This document shows positions 52,001 through 64,000 of a DNA stretch of 64,000 nt, piece by piece. The stretch is from Octopus vulgaris (Eukaryota), in NCBI GenBank assembly GCA_951406725.2, contig OX597822.1, positions 53,816,001 through 53,880,000 on the forward strand, in the 5' to 3' direction. The notes below the pieces were generated by a model. The model worked only from the letters and a program-made list of their open reading frames with translations. It was not told the DNA's origin and made no database searches. Every line of letters starts with the position of its first letter. The first letter of the stretch is position 1. A program made the translations under genes and the position numbers.

Positions 52001-53619
52001 TGATGCTGTCTCATGGTTAATTTAAGGAGGAGAAGAGTGTTAGCAGTGAGAGCTAGGAGAAAGGGATTGCTATTATGTTGTGGTTAAATAGTTAGCTGAA
52101 GGAATGGGTAGAAAGAGAGAAATAGAATGTGTTTAGAGCAGATGTGTGTGTGTGAGAGAGAGAGAGGGGGGAGAATGGGAGAGAGGGGGTGGAGAATGAG
52201 AATGTTTGTTGAAAATATTATAATTGTGAATATGTGTGTATGTATATGTCACAATGCACCATTTTGTTTTAAATAATATGTCCGTGCAGTTACATCATCA
52301 TCATCATCATCATTATTATCATCATTGTTTAGGGTAGGACGATTGACAGGAGCTGGCCAGGTAAAAGACTATCCCAGGCTACTATATGTTTTTGAAGGGT
52401 TTTTATGGTTGGATGCCCTTCCTGACACCAACCACTCTGCAGAGTGGACTGGATGTCCTTCCTAACATCAACCACTCTGGCTTTTACTGGATATTTCTAA
52501 GTTAGTAATAACATATTTAGACATAGAACATTAGAAAAACAAATATGTAGCAATAATATTAGTCAAGGACTAAAAATATTTTTTAATTTCTTAACAATTC
52601 TATTTTCCAGGAGTCTTTCATCCTACTTCTGTAAATACAACGAAGATTATACTTCGCTGCTGAGTTCATAACACTGAAATATGTCTGTAGTTGTCTCCCC
52701 TACTTGCTGAGACCCTGAAAATATCAGTCACTGGCTAAAGTTGTTTTTTCTTGGTGAATGCGATGTCAGATATGATGCATAGGTGTCACGAAAATAGTCC
52801 TGTTGACGCGAGGCAGGCAAAAGGTTTGTAGTGAGACCAATTTCTGTTATAGCATATTTAAGATGATTAGCCTTTTATAGGCTCAGCATGTTAATCTGTA
52901 ATGATTGGTCATCTTACCAATCATGTGAGCTTTGAGCATTGGTTGAATCCTGTGCTTTGATTGGTTGAGTATTGCAAAGAATTTTGATGAAAGATCCAAT
53001 TACGTTGCACATAATACATTCTCAAACAAATTTGAATGTACACTGTAAATTGGTATAACAAAGCATCTATGCGGAGAGGAGTGAGTGATTTTATTGATCA
53101 TCATCATCATCATCATCGTTTAACGTCCGTTCTCCATGCTAGCATGGGTTGGACGGTTTGACCGAGGGATCTGGGAAGCCAGAAGGCTGCACCAGGCTCC
53201 AGTCTTATCTGGCAATGTTTCTACAGCTGGATGCCCTTCCTAACGCCAACCACTCCATGAGTGTAGTGGGTGCTTTTTACGTGCCACCTGCACAGGTGCC
53301 AGGCGAGGCTGGCAACGGCCACGGTCGGATTGGTGTATTTTATGTGCCACCGGCACGGAAGCCAGTGGAGGCGGCGCTGGCATCAGCCACGAGTCGGATA
53401 GTGCTTTTTACGTACCACCAGACCAGGGATCCTGGCTGGTTCAATTCGATTTCCAGAGCAAAATTAATATAACAGAGCACATGTAACTAATGATGGCCCA
53501 AGCTGAATTATCCAAATGATGGATGAACCATATATAACCACCAGGATTAGTAATGTTCTTATTTTGTCCTCTGTACTGTTTAACGGAGGATTAAAGTCTC
53601 ACTGTTGTTCTTTTCTTTT

Positions 53620-54016
53620 CTTTTATTTGTTTCAGTCATTTGACTGCAGCCATGCTGGAGCACTGCCTTTAGTTGAGTAAATCGACCCCAGGACTTATTC
53701 TTTGCAAGCCTAGTACTTATTCTATCGGTCTCTCTTGCCGAACTGCTAAGTGACGGGGACGTAAACATGCCAGCATCGGTTGTCAAGCGATGTTGGGGGA
53801 CAAACGCAGATACACAAACATATACATATATAAATACACACACACATATATATATACGATGGGCTTCTTTCAGTTTCCGTCTACCAAATCCACTCACAAG
53901 GCTTTGGTCGGCCCGAGGCTATAGTAGAAGACACTTGCCCAAGGTGCTATGCAGTGGGACTGAACCCAGAACCATGTGGTTGGTAAGCAAGCTACTTATC
54001 ACACAGCCACTCCTGC
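53620..54016 (-). mobile_element. tRNA-derived SINE family A, well-preserved copy
   Basis: Minus strand starts gcaggagtggctgtgtga...gggttcagtcccactgc; CpG-rich body and gactgaaacaaataaaag tail. Confidence 0.85.
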
Positions 54017-54343
54017 GACTATGTTATCTTGAAAGTTTGTTTCTTGTATTATTTTCACAAGTGAACATGCAATATATATTATATAATGTTATGCAAGATT
54101 CCGTAGTAAAACGAAGGGAGACTTTATACAACACTGTTAAAGGTTAAAAACTAGGCAGGATTCTGGTTTAAGCATCCCATAAAACACCTCATAACTTTTC
54201 TAATTTTATGGAATTTTCAGAATTTTTTTTGTGAATTTGTGTTCTACATGCAGTAATTCATATGGTTATGCAAAAATGAAAATAAAATTTTGCGTGATTT
54301 AAGGGTTATTTATCTGTTATTTTTAGCACATCTCACGACCACC

Positions 54344-55653
54344 GGATCTTTTCCTTTTGATAGCCAGATTTCAACACAATTTCTAGTTAACTAAAACACT
54401 TTAAAACTTCGTATACTGGTAGAATGTGTCAAAAGAAAATATTATTTTCACTTGGCTTTTTTGATAAATTTGCAATTCGTTTGTTTAACGTAGTTTAATT
54501 TTTCGAATTTTAACCAATCCTATGCTCTCTTTTGAGCTGAAATCATTTGCTGTGTCTAAAAACTGAGACAACATCCGTTTTGTTCGTAATGTAGCGTTCG
54601 TGAGTTCAATATCAGGCTAACCTACCAGCCCCACGGTGGGATTTTTTTTTCTTTACGATTATTAGTAAATTTCTTCTTTACGATTATTAGTAAATTCATG
54701 TTTATTTATCAATATCGATAATGAATTACTGCCGTTGTTTAGACCGGCCCCAGTATGTAACTGGTACTTAATTTATCCCTAACTCTAACCCTAACCCTTA
54801 ACCCTAACCCCTAACCCTGAACCTAACCCCTAACCCTAAACCTAACCAAAGCTAGCGACCGATGCCAGAAGGCTGTCACGAGATAGGGTTAGGGTTAGGG
54901 GTTAGGTTTAGGGTTAGGGATTAGGCTTAGGGTTAGGTTTAGGGTTAGGGATAAATTAAGTACCAGTTACGCACGCACGCACTGGTGTCGATAGAGCCCC
55001 TTGCCGGAACAAATTTACACAAAAGGTAAATAAACCAGAAATGGAGGATCAATGTTTCATCATTTCGGGGTCAATAAATTAAGTACCAATTACGCACTGG
55101 TGTCGAGGATTTTTTTCCCCAATTTATATCACAGCCTCCGACAAGCTGGGGCATCCTTTTATGAAAAAATATTTCGCAAATTTTTACAATACAACCCACA
55201 CTCCACGCACCCTCATATCCAACTCTAGACCGACTTAGGCATATTATTGTTTTGTTTTTGTTATTTTTGGCCCTTCAAAACCATGGGAGAAGCCTTTTTG
55301 GTAAAAAAAAAATAAAGAAAATATTCAAAAAATATCGTTAATATTTTTATTGGGCGACGAAATTCATCGATTTAAGAGATATGCCTGTTATTTCTAGCAC
55401 ATGCCAACACAACCCTCCTCGTTTGTTTATCAATATCGATAACGCAGCAAATGATTTCAGCTCAAAAGAGAGCATAGGATTGGTTAAAATTCGAAAAATT
55501 AAACTACGTTAAACAAACGAATTACAAATTTATCAAAAAAGCCAAGTGAAAATAATGTTTTCTTTTGACACATTCTACCAGTATACGAAGTTTTAAAGTG
55601 TTTTAGTTAACTAGAAATTGTGTTGAAATCTGGCTATCAAAAGGAAAAGATCC
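54344..55653. mobile_element. Non-autonomous Merlin-type DNA transposon, 1310 bp
   Basis: About 209-bp near-perfect TIRs starting GGATCTTTTCC; exact 8-bp TSD cgaccacc at 54336-54343 and 55654-55661. Confidence 0.9.
54777..54950. repeat. Inverted telomere-like arrays: (CCCTAA)n, spacer, (TTAGGG)n
   Basis: About 11 degenerate CCCTAA units, a spacer of about 35 bp, then about 11 TTAGGG units. Confidence 0.9.
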
Positions 55654-57126
55654 CGACCACCTGATACTCTTCTCGCTTCTTTCTCATTCTGACGCATTGA
55701 TGTTTTTCAATATCTTTCTCCCTATAAACACATTTAATGGTCTATTGTTGGGATTTAAGCAAAATATTTGGATTGTCCGTATTTTAAACTCTGAAAAAAA
55801 TTCGAAAAACATTTTTTCCAAAATTGTATGAATTCCCGCGTGTACAACACAAATTCGCAATATTTTTTTGAAAATTCTTATAAATAAAAAAAAAGTTGTG
55901 AGTGGTTATATGAGGTGCTTAAAACAGAATTGCATCTACTCTTGACTTCACTTATCGAAACTTTACTTGTCGAAAGATAACCACATATCCTGTAGGTTAA
56001 CCTTTATTTCCGGATTAAAATATACAATAAATAAATAAACAAAAGACAAACAAATGAACGAGTAATAATTGTCTCGGATCTTGGCACAAGGCCGTGCTTT
56101 TTTGTTAGTAAGAGGTTAGTCGATGCTATCGACCTCAGTACTAGACTGTTACTCTATTTTGTAGACCCAACGAAAGGCTGAAAGGCAAATTAACTTTGGT
56201 GGGATTTGAATTCAGAATGGAACGTAAGAAGCAGGAACAGATCCTGCAAAGCATTTTGTCCGATGCCCTGTCAATTTCGCCAACTAAAATTCTAATGTGA
56301 GGTATATTTGCCATCTCAATATGGCTAACCACTAAGGGTGGGTGTTACTGTAGCTTGTAGCCCCAGGAGAACATCGTCTCCAGCTGGCTATTGAGGGTGG
56401 AGATTTATTATTAAAATTCTAATGTATTTTAGGAAAACCTGAACATTTCAACTTTTCTTCTCAATCTCACTTAACAAGTATTTTGGGTCCTTTATTATCG
56501 TTGTTTTTATTAGCTATAGCAGTTTAGCCCTAGGTTGGCCCTAAACGAGCAGATCTAGAGTCAAATAAAAAAAAAAGTCGTGGGGGTGGGTTATATGAGG
56601 TGCTTAAAACAGAATTTCGCCAAAAGCTGCATCTAACCATAGCCATCTATCTTTCATTTGAACCTAGTATATCTGGGACTACGGTATCTAGTGTTTTTCT
56701 TATTCCAAACCGATGGGTTCGAATTATGGAAAATTGGGCTGCTATTTCCATTTGTTTGAGTGACCGTATGAAGGGGGTTAATATATACAGATTAGAGAGC
56801 CACAAGTTGGCTGAAAATGTATACGACTAGTAAATTGCCCTTATCCTTGTAATTAAAGAAGGTGTGGGGAGATTGGAATATTTCACGACAGGAAATTGGC
56901 CAACAGTTATGACTGGAATGTCAAAACAAAAACACCTATGTATATATATATATTTTATCAACTGGTCACCGTGTGTATATGTGAGTGTGTGTGTGTGACC
57001 GACTGTATGTATGACTCGACAACTATTTAAAACCATATTTGGTGGTGTGTTGTTACAAGCAGGCGATGTCATTTCCCATTTCACACCGGCTTGGTTACTT
57101 CTCTCCTGGCTTCTCCCGTCTCCTAA

Positions 57127-57389
57127 CTTAAGAACAGTGGTCTCGGTGTGCGCACTCGCGTACTCACGCATCCGCGCTAGCTAGTCGTGACTACAACGAC
57201 TACCTAGCAAAGTAAATAAAGCACAAAATAAATAATTTTTTTACTAAAACACAAAGTAAATAATTTTTTGAAACAAAGTAAATAAAATACAAAAACACAA
57301 AGTAAGGATCGACTAGTCATGACTAGCTAGCGCGGATGCACGAATACGCGAGTGCGCGCACCGGGACCACTGTTCTTAAGTAGTACCCA
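57127..57389. mobile_element. Merlin-like MITE with CpG-rich TIRs
   Basis: cttaagaacagtggtctcggtgtgcgcactcgcgt... pairs with ...acgcgagtgcgcgcaccgggaccactgttcttaagtagtaccc. Confidence 0.75.
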
Positions 57390-57408
57390 TACATACATAC
57401 ATGCATAA

Positions 57409-57439
<31 letters not shown>

Positions 57440-57440
<1 letters not shown>

Positions 57441-57835
57441 CTTTATATATAAAAGAGAAGTTGTGTGTCTGTCTCCTACGACTTAGATTCCTAACTACTC
57501 CCACATTTTGCGGTGCAGTTTAACCAAAACCGGGTATCTTATAGTCGTGATTCATATCGAGCCCTTCTGGGCGTTAGCGCGCGTCTACGATGAGTCTACG
57601 ATTTAAAAAAAAAATTTACCATAATTTTTTTCCATTTTAATGCATTTTTTCGCTATTATATAAGGGAAGTAACTCTCTAAAAATGTCTACGATGAGTCAA
57701 CGATTTAAAAAAAATTTACCATCATTTTTTTCCATTTTTGATGCATTTTTTTGCTATTTTTTGGCTATAACTCTCTAAAAATGCTTATTTAGTTATTTCC
57801 CTTACAAACCCGAGCAACGCCGGGCGATACTGCTA

Positions 57836-57836
<1 letters not shown>
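57440..57836 (+). mobile_element. Non-autonomous Helitron
   Basis: TC start within a (TA)n tract, internal duplication of about 95 bp, cccgagcaacgccggg hairpin, CTAG end. Confidence 0.75.
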
Positions 57837-57893
<57 letters not shown>

Positions 57894-57950
57894 TTATCTA
57901 AAAATCATTTTTTATACTTGAGGAACACTTAAGCCGATGAAGCTATAAAT

Positions 57951-58237
57951 CAGTGGTTCTCAACTAGAGTCCGGATGACTGCGGGGCCGGGGGAGGGGCA
58001 ATATACTGAGGGCCCACTCTTGCAAAATAGCATATTGGGGATTCACAGTAGTACTTTAAGGGTCCGTGAGAAGTTTTGGAAGAAACAGCTAGGTTTCTTA
58101 GGTTTCTTTCTCTAACATTTTACATAGTTCAACCTATACAAGTGAACGAGTGAATAACAAAACAGGAATTTTGAAAGAAGTGGTTATAAAATTAGTTTTT
58201 AAACATCGAATACATAAGTAACGGTTGAAAAACACTG
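57951..58237. mobile_element. hAT MITE, 287 bp
   Basis: CAGTGGTTCTCAAC...GTTGAAAAACACTG; TSD ctataaat/ttataaat. Confidence 0.8.
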
Positions 58238-58443
58238 TTATAAATAATAGCACGATGAATGCTGGGTTAAAAAAAAAAAGCACTCCTTTGAATGGAAGAA
58301 GTTGAAGGGATGCCCATGAAACTCTAAACCATATCGTCTGTGAATGTGACGGACGCTCTAACCATTATACGAAAGTAATCTATCAAACTTCCGCCATCAA
58401 ATTTAGAAGCCATGATCTTACACATGCATGCGCGCACGCACAG

Positions 58444-58488
<45 letters not shown>

Positions 58489-58685
58489 TACATACCGGTG
58501 TGGCTGTATGGTAAGAAGTTTACTTCCCAGTCTCAAGGTTTAGTCTCACTGGTGCATCGGGCAAAGTGTCTTCGCAGGCCAATCAAAGGCTTGCGAGCAG
58601 ATTTGGTAGACGGAAACTGAAAAAAGCCTGATCTGTCTGTATGTATGTATGTCTGTCTGTCAGTCTGTATGTCTGCCTGTCTATC

Positions 58686-58758
<73 letters not shown>

Positions 58759-59081
58759 TGTCTATGTGTGTATATGTATCATCATCATCATCGTTTAACG
58801 CCTGCTTTCCATGCTAGTATGGGTTGGACGATTTGATTGAGGACTGGAGAACCAGATGGCTGCACGAGGCTCCAGTCTTGATCTGGCAGAGTTTCTACAG
58901 CTGGATGCCCTTCCTAACGCCAACCACTCCGAGAGTGTAGTGCGTGCTTTTACGTGCCACTGGCACGAGGGTCAGTCAGGCGGTACTGGCATCGGTCACG
59001 CTCAAATGGTGCTTTTTACGTGCCACCTGCACAGGAACCAGTCCTGTGCAGGTGGCACATATATTTTTATGATTGTACTTT

Positions 59082-59212
59082 ATAATCTCTGATGAGGCCT
59101 AGAGATATATATAAGTACCTCATCTTCAACTGCCTATTACCTCAATACACTTGACTAATACAGGCAGAATGAGATGCTTTTATCTATAGACTGAAACAGC
59201 TGTAAGTGATTT
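59082..59212 (+). ncRNA. Hammerhead-like motif with long stem II
   Basis: CTGATGAG at 59089, about 100-nt imperfect hairpin, GAAA at 59193, palindromic stem III ACAGCTGT, GTA cleavage triplet. Confidence 0.6.
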
Positions 59213-59388
59213 TAATAACTTATATTCATGTTTTTTAATAATTGCTTGTATTCTTATTTTATATGCATAGAATAATATGCTATATGTATGCATGTTATTA
59301 TAATTATCTTTTTAATAAATAAATAAGTAAACATTTTAATGTCCTAAAGTTGATGAACCAACTATTGTGCTACTCCATTTTCTTACTT

Positions 59389-59426
<38 letters not shown>

Positions 59427-59859
59427 GATGTTATGTTACCAATTTAATGTGGCAGTCCCCTAGGAAACAGTCCTTTGTCATCTCATGTATTAGGTTGAAG
59501 GTCCTGAAATTAGGTTTCACCACCTTGTCCTATGTCTTCCTCTTTTACATTTAGTGACCTGCACTTTATATGGCTGTCTGCACTCATAAGCACATATATG
59601 TGTGTGTGTGCTTGAAAGGCCCATTAATCCAAATGAAACCATGGTGTCATGTAAAAAGCACCTTTCAAGCATTGGACCTCACGGAAGCATTGATAAATTA
59701 CCGAGACCTTAGGATTAAAGTACACCTTTCTAGATTAGATTTTCTGAGGCACAGGTGAAATTTGATTTAATCTTAAATATTTTACCTTGTCTAATCTATG
59801 TCATTACATGCTTAGGGTGTGGTAATCATTATATTGGCCAAACAGGAATATCACTCCTT

Positions 59860-60045
59860 TGAAGAACAAATCCGTCACCCACAATACAGACATACAGGTC
59901 AGTGAACACATAGAAAAGTGTGCTAGGAACCTTAATCCTAATTTTCCCCTTCTATCAATGTTCACAGAACAACTCAGTACAGCAAAGAATGAACAAAGAG
60001 GCAACTTTCATCAATAAATAACTTCCACAACTCAATATGAACACA
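59860..60045 (+). mobile_element. Penelope-like element fragment (GIY-YIG C-terminus)
   Basis: EQIRHPQYRH...EHIEKC...PFYQC...QRMNKEATFINK*LPQLN; similar to 6291-6497. Confidence 0.6.
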
Positions 60046-60226
60046 TAACATAATACAGAACACTACTAACCTTCCAATTAATACCACGCATACATCCCGT
60101 ACACTATTCACATTACAGATCTATATCTACCCTAATTGCACCAAATCCAGAACTACTTACCTCCCTTGCACATAATCTTTTTACTCAGGGACTAGGAGAC
60201 CCGACACCATTTGGTAATTGGTGTGC

Positions 60227-60274
60227 ATTCAAAGCAGTGATCAGTAATTTTACGAAACTGGCATGCTTTTGAAT
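60227..60274 (+). ncRNA. Degenerate minimal hammerhead with G3-C8 core, downstream of the Penelope fragment
   Basis: attcaaagca GTGATCA GTAA tt TTAC GAAA ctggca tgcttttgaat. Long stem I; U16.1 is replaced by C. Confidence 0.5.
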
Positions 60275-60633
60275 CTCTTTAACAATTAACAATAATGACT
60301 TTTATTACTACCTCAGTTCATCTAATTGTATACATCTATCATTACTTTTCATAAAAAGCCTTTACTTTTTTTTGATTTCCAATGTGCATTTTCACTTATT
60401 TTTCTTCTTACTTTCCCCTTACATTTCCACGTGTGTGGCTGTTGCCAGTACCGTGTAAAAGCACCCACTACCCTCTTAGAGTGGTTGGCGTTAGGAAGGG
60501 CATCCAGCTGTAGAAACTCTGCCAGATCAGATTGGAGCCTGGTGCAGCCATCTGGTTTACCAATCCTCAGTCAAATCGTCCAACCCATACTAGCATGGAA
60601 AGTGGACGTTAACGATGATGATGATGATGCCAA

Positions 60634-60676
<43 letters not shown>

Positions 60677-61759
60677 CGTATGTGTTTATTTGTGTGTTTA
60701 TGTTGGTGCCATATAAAAAGCACTCAGTACACGTTAGGAAATGCATTCAACTGTAAAAACTATACCAAAACAGACAATAGAACCCAAGTGCAGCTCTCCA
60801 GATTGCCAGTGCCTGTCAAAACCATCCAACCCATGCAAGCATGGAAAACTGGTGTTAAGTAAGGATGATGATGATGAGGGTGATAAATATTTAAAAAATT
60901 GTCATTTGCACTTTGTACAATGAGATCTGAAGCAATTACTTGCAACATCATCACCATCCTTTAGTGTCTGCTTCCCATGCTAGCACAAGTTAAATGGTTT
61001 GACTGAAACTTGCAAACTGGAGAACTGCACCAAGCACCAGTCTGATTTGGCATGGTTCCTATGGCTGGATGCTCTTCCTAATGTCTTCCACTCCAAGAGT
61101 GTAATGGGTGCTTTTCATGTGCCAGTTATATGGCACCAACATCAACCACAACTATAATTTCCTCTCAAGCATGGCATATCACCAAAAGTCTCGGTCATTT
61201 GTCATTGCCTCTGTGAGGCTCAACGTTCAAAGATCATGCTTCACCACCTCATTCCATGTCTACCTCTTCTACAGGTTCCCTCCACAGTTAGAGATCAGCA
61301 CTTCTTTACACAGCTGTCCACATCCATACGCATATGACCACCCCCCCACACTTAACAAGAAAATTTCTCACACATCCTACCACAACAAACCAAACTACAT
61401 CTCTGCATCACTTCTCTTCCTCACATTTACGCTTCATGCACTATGCTTACCTCCAACTCCCAAATCCTGTCCTCTTGGCCCTGTGCCATTGTATCATTGC
61501 TCTCTGCTTGCCCCCAACTTATGTGTTATACCCACACATTGAGTGTTAAGAAGGTCATCCAGCTGTAAAAATCCTGCCAAAACGGTCACAGAAGTCTGGT
61601 GCAGGCTTCTGCCTGGCTGATTCTTGTGAAACCATCCCACCCATGCTAGCATGGAAGGCGGACGTTAAACGATGATGATGATGATGATACACACTTATCA
61701 CACCCACATCCACACACTCACACATGTCTACATACACTCATATGCACATATACACCCAC

Positions 61760-62272
61760 ATTGTCAAACCTCTTCTTTTCTACTTCTGCCCTTGCTAGAT
61801 AAACCTGACGTCTAGCTTCCCTTTTAGCTTTCTGATATGATTCTTTGCTACCCACTCTTTTCCTTTCTTTCCAGACCTGTCTTTTCTCTTTTATGGCCTT
61901 GACAACATCACCGTTCCACCACCACATCACCCTAGACTTTGCTCCAACCACAGATTTGGCCTGTTGCCCTTAGTATATAGTCCCTTAGAAATTTCCAGCT
62001 GTCCTCTACATCATATGTCTCTATCTCTTCCTCTTTCTCATCAAAGGCCTCATTAAGAACATCTCTAAATCTCTGCCTGTTTGAAGGATCCTTGAGCTTC
62101 CACAACCTCCTTTTCCATATCGGATTGCATCTCTGGATCCTTCTGACCCTAACCCTTAAGTCACTAACTATTAGCTTATGTTGAGTTGTACATTCTTCAC
62201 CTGGGAAAGATTTTGCATTTACGAGTATATATGTGTCCCCGTGTCTGGTGAGGATGTAGTCAATCTGGCTAG
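61760..62272 (-). mobile_element. RTE LINE endonuclease/linker fragment
   Basis: QIDYILTR...NAKSFPGEECTTQHKLIVSDLR and WWWNGDVVKAIKEKR. Confidence 0.75.
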
Positions 62273-62609
62273 TGAGAGAGAAAGTGGGGGAGAAAACAAC
62301 TGCTGTATAAAAAATTCATAGTAAAGTGGCTCCTAGCGTCTACAAAACAAAACTTAAACACTGGAAAAGTTGGGTACACACATGTGCACACTCACCAATT
62401 TTTTCTTACATTAAATTCTAATACAATCGTAATCTGTCCCATCTAAAGGGTATTTGTAGAAAATTTTATTAAATCATATCTATTTTTCTGAAAGTTATTT
62501 GGAAACAAAGAAGAAAGCACACTTGTGTAGGTAGTTCTGATATCTCCCAATACCTCCATGAATATGACATAATTGAAGTTCAAGATATAGTATTTACGAG
62601 TAAAAGATG

Positions 62610-63108
62610 GGGATAGAATTCCGGTTTAAGCATTCCATATAACTCCTCATAACTTTTTTATTTTTTGGAATTTTCAGAAAATTTTTGAAGATTTGTATTC
62701 TGCACAGGGGAATTCATGCGATTAAGGAAAAACAAATTTTTTTCGTGTGTGTCTGATTTAAGGGTTATTTAGCTGTTATTTTTAGCACATCTCACGACCA
62801 CCAGATACCTTCCTCACTTTTTTGTCACACTGACATGTATTGATGTTTTTCAATATTTTCTCCTCATAAACACATTTAACGGAACAATGATGAGATTTAA
62901 GCAAAGAATTCGGACTGTCCGCATTTTAAACTCTAAAATAAAAATTCGAAAGAAAGTGGAACTTTTGGGGGCTTAGGAAGCGGGGAGGGGTTTCAAAATT
63001 ATTTTATAATCGTATAAATTACCGTGTGTAGAACACAAATTCGCAAAAATTACCAGAAAATTCCCAAAAAATAAAAGTTATATGGTGTGCTTAAACTATA
63101 ATTCCGCC
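62610..63108. mobile_element. MITE, uninterrupted relative of 54154-55936
   Basis: agaattccggtttaagcattccatataac ... gttatatggtgtgcttaaactataattccgcc. Contains a single cgaccacc near 62795. Confidence 0.7.
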
Positions 63109-63360
63109 AAGATAAGGGGTCACAACTGGAACGTCTTTGATAATAGATCGGCTGAGTCAGAGCTGACAAGGGAGAGGGGATGGTGTTTAAACATTTTAAA
63201 CATCCACAAGCTGAACGAGGAAGTAAAATTGAATGAATTAGTCAGTTAGTCAGTCAGTCAGTCAGTAGTAAAGTGTGACGCTAAGCTAGTGTTGTATTGT
63301 TTGGTCCCATCAGCCACTAGTAACGGAAGTTGTGTTTCACTCCTCATTCAACTTGACAAA

Positions 63361-63363
63361 ATG
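63361..63363 (+). CDS. ATG-only first coding exon of a calmodulin-superfamily gene (putative)
   Basis: caaaATG|gtaatt. An intron immediately after the ATG is typical of calmodulin and myosin light chain genes. ETS-like cggaagt near 63323. Confidence 0.55.
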
Positions 63364-63525
63364 GTAATTGTCCATTTCTTATATTTCTCTCTTATATTTC
63401 ATATTTTCACCATTTAATCGACTCATTTACAAAAAAAAATATTTTGCTGTTTTCCCCGTCTTTGTTATTATAAATGTTAAACTATCTCTCTATATAAAAT
63501 ATCTTTCATATCCTTCTCTTTTCAG

Positions 63526-63553
63526 TCGCAATTAACAGAAGAACGTATTGGAG
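63526..63553 (+). CDS. Exon 2 of a calmodulin/myosin-light-chain-like EF-hand gene; continues beyond the window
   Basis: Strong acceptor ccttctcttttcag, donor G|gtaaga. 28 bp encodes SQLTEERIG plus 1 nt, similar to calmodulin ADQLTEEQIA with its phase-1 intron. Confidence 0.65.
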
Positions 63554-64000
63554 GTAAGATTTAATTGAGAAAGAAAAAAAAAAAGAACCCAGTTATTATT
63601 TATTTTTCCCCTTCGATCGAACTATTTTGACAGTTTAAATACTTGCCCTGTTTTATTTTTCATTCCTTTGTTTCTCTTTTGTCGCTCTGAAACTTAATTT
63701 TCATTACCTCAAAAATGCTCCACTTTTTTTTTTTCTATTCATGAAATGTCAACTTCGTTCAGACCTTACAAAAAAAGAAAGAAAAAAACACCCCTTTCGC
63801 AGGATCTTTATTCTAAATATTTTCATCTGTAACCGTTACACCACCTAAAATATCTTTATCTTTCTGCTATTGTAACAACCACACCTTAAAATGTTATTAT
63901 CAACAGTCACCACACAATGGTGATTGTAGCGACAGGAAAGTCGGGAACTTTAAAATCTAGCATAGATCGACTTTATTTTTGATCTACCTCGGGTTATAAA

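Larger units (their letters stand above)
54154..55936. mobile_element. MITE (GGC.GAATT-type ends) split by a younger insertion
   Basis: Ends ggcaggattctggtttaagcatcccat / tatgaggtgcttaaaacagaatt. Uninterrupted relative at about 62610-63108. Confidence 0.7.

Noticed and set aside
54777-54950. Chromosome end or telomere-fusion site
   Set aside because: The arrays are short and degenerate, sit inside a TSD-flanked transposon, and have the opposite orientation to a fusion.
13537-61951. Most 60-180 aa ORFs in the supplied track
   Set aside because: They overlap SINEs, microsatellites or antisense frames of transposons and have no coding or splice support.

Overview
AT-rich, repeat-dense animal genomic DNA. 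The SINE/RTE repertoire suggests an octopus or other cephalopod (inference). Genes: a complete 8-exon HUS1 (9-1-1 checkpoint clamp) gene on the minus strand (ATG 31189 to stop 10718; 858-nt CDS, 285 aa, all GT-AG introns); a tRNA-Arg(CCG) gene head-to-head with it (31753-31825); and probably the first two exons of a calmodulin/myosin-light-chain-like EF-hand gene at the right edge (63361-63363, 63526-63553). The rest is transposon-derived: HERO/R2-type, RTE, Penelope, Gypsy, Tc1/mariner, Tigger, piggyBac, hAT, Merlin/ISXO2, Helitron, several SINE families and a 173-bp satellite. Main observations: (1) a TSD-flanked palindromic element at 32363-32913 made of two head-to-head tRNA-headed SINE units, each carrying a minimal hammerhead ribozyme, with a Penelope-like one-sided tail; (2) four more hammerhead-like motifs, two with a compensatory G3-C8 core; (3) a Merlin-type non-autonomous transposon with an 8-bp TSD carrying outward-facing telomeric repeats; (4) an RTE LINE with a twin-priming-type 5' inversion. 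All calls come from reading the sequence by eye; no searches or folding programs were run.
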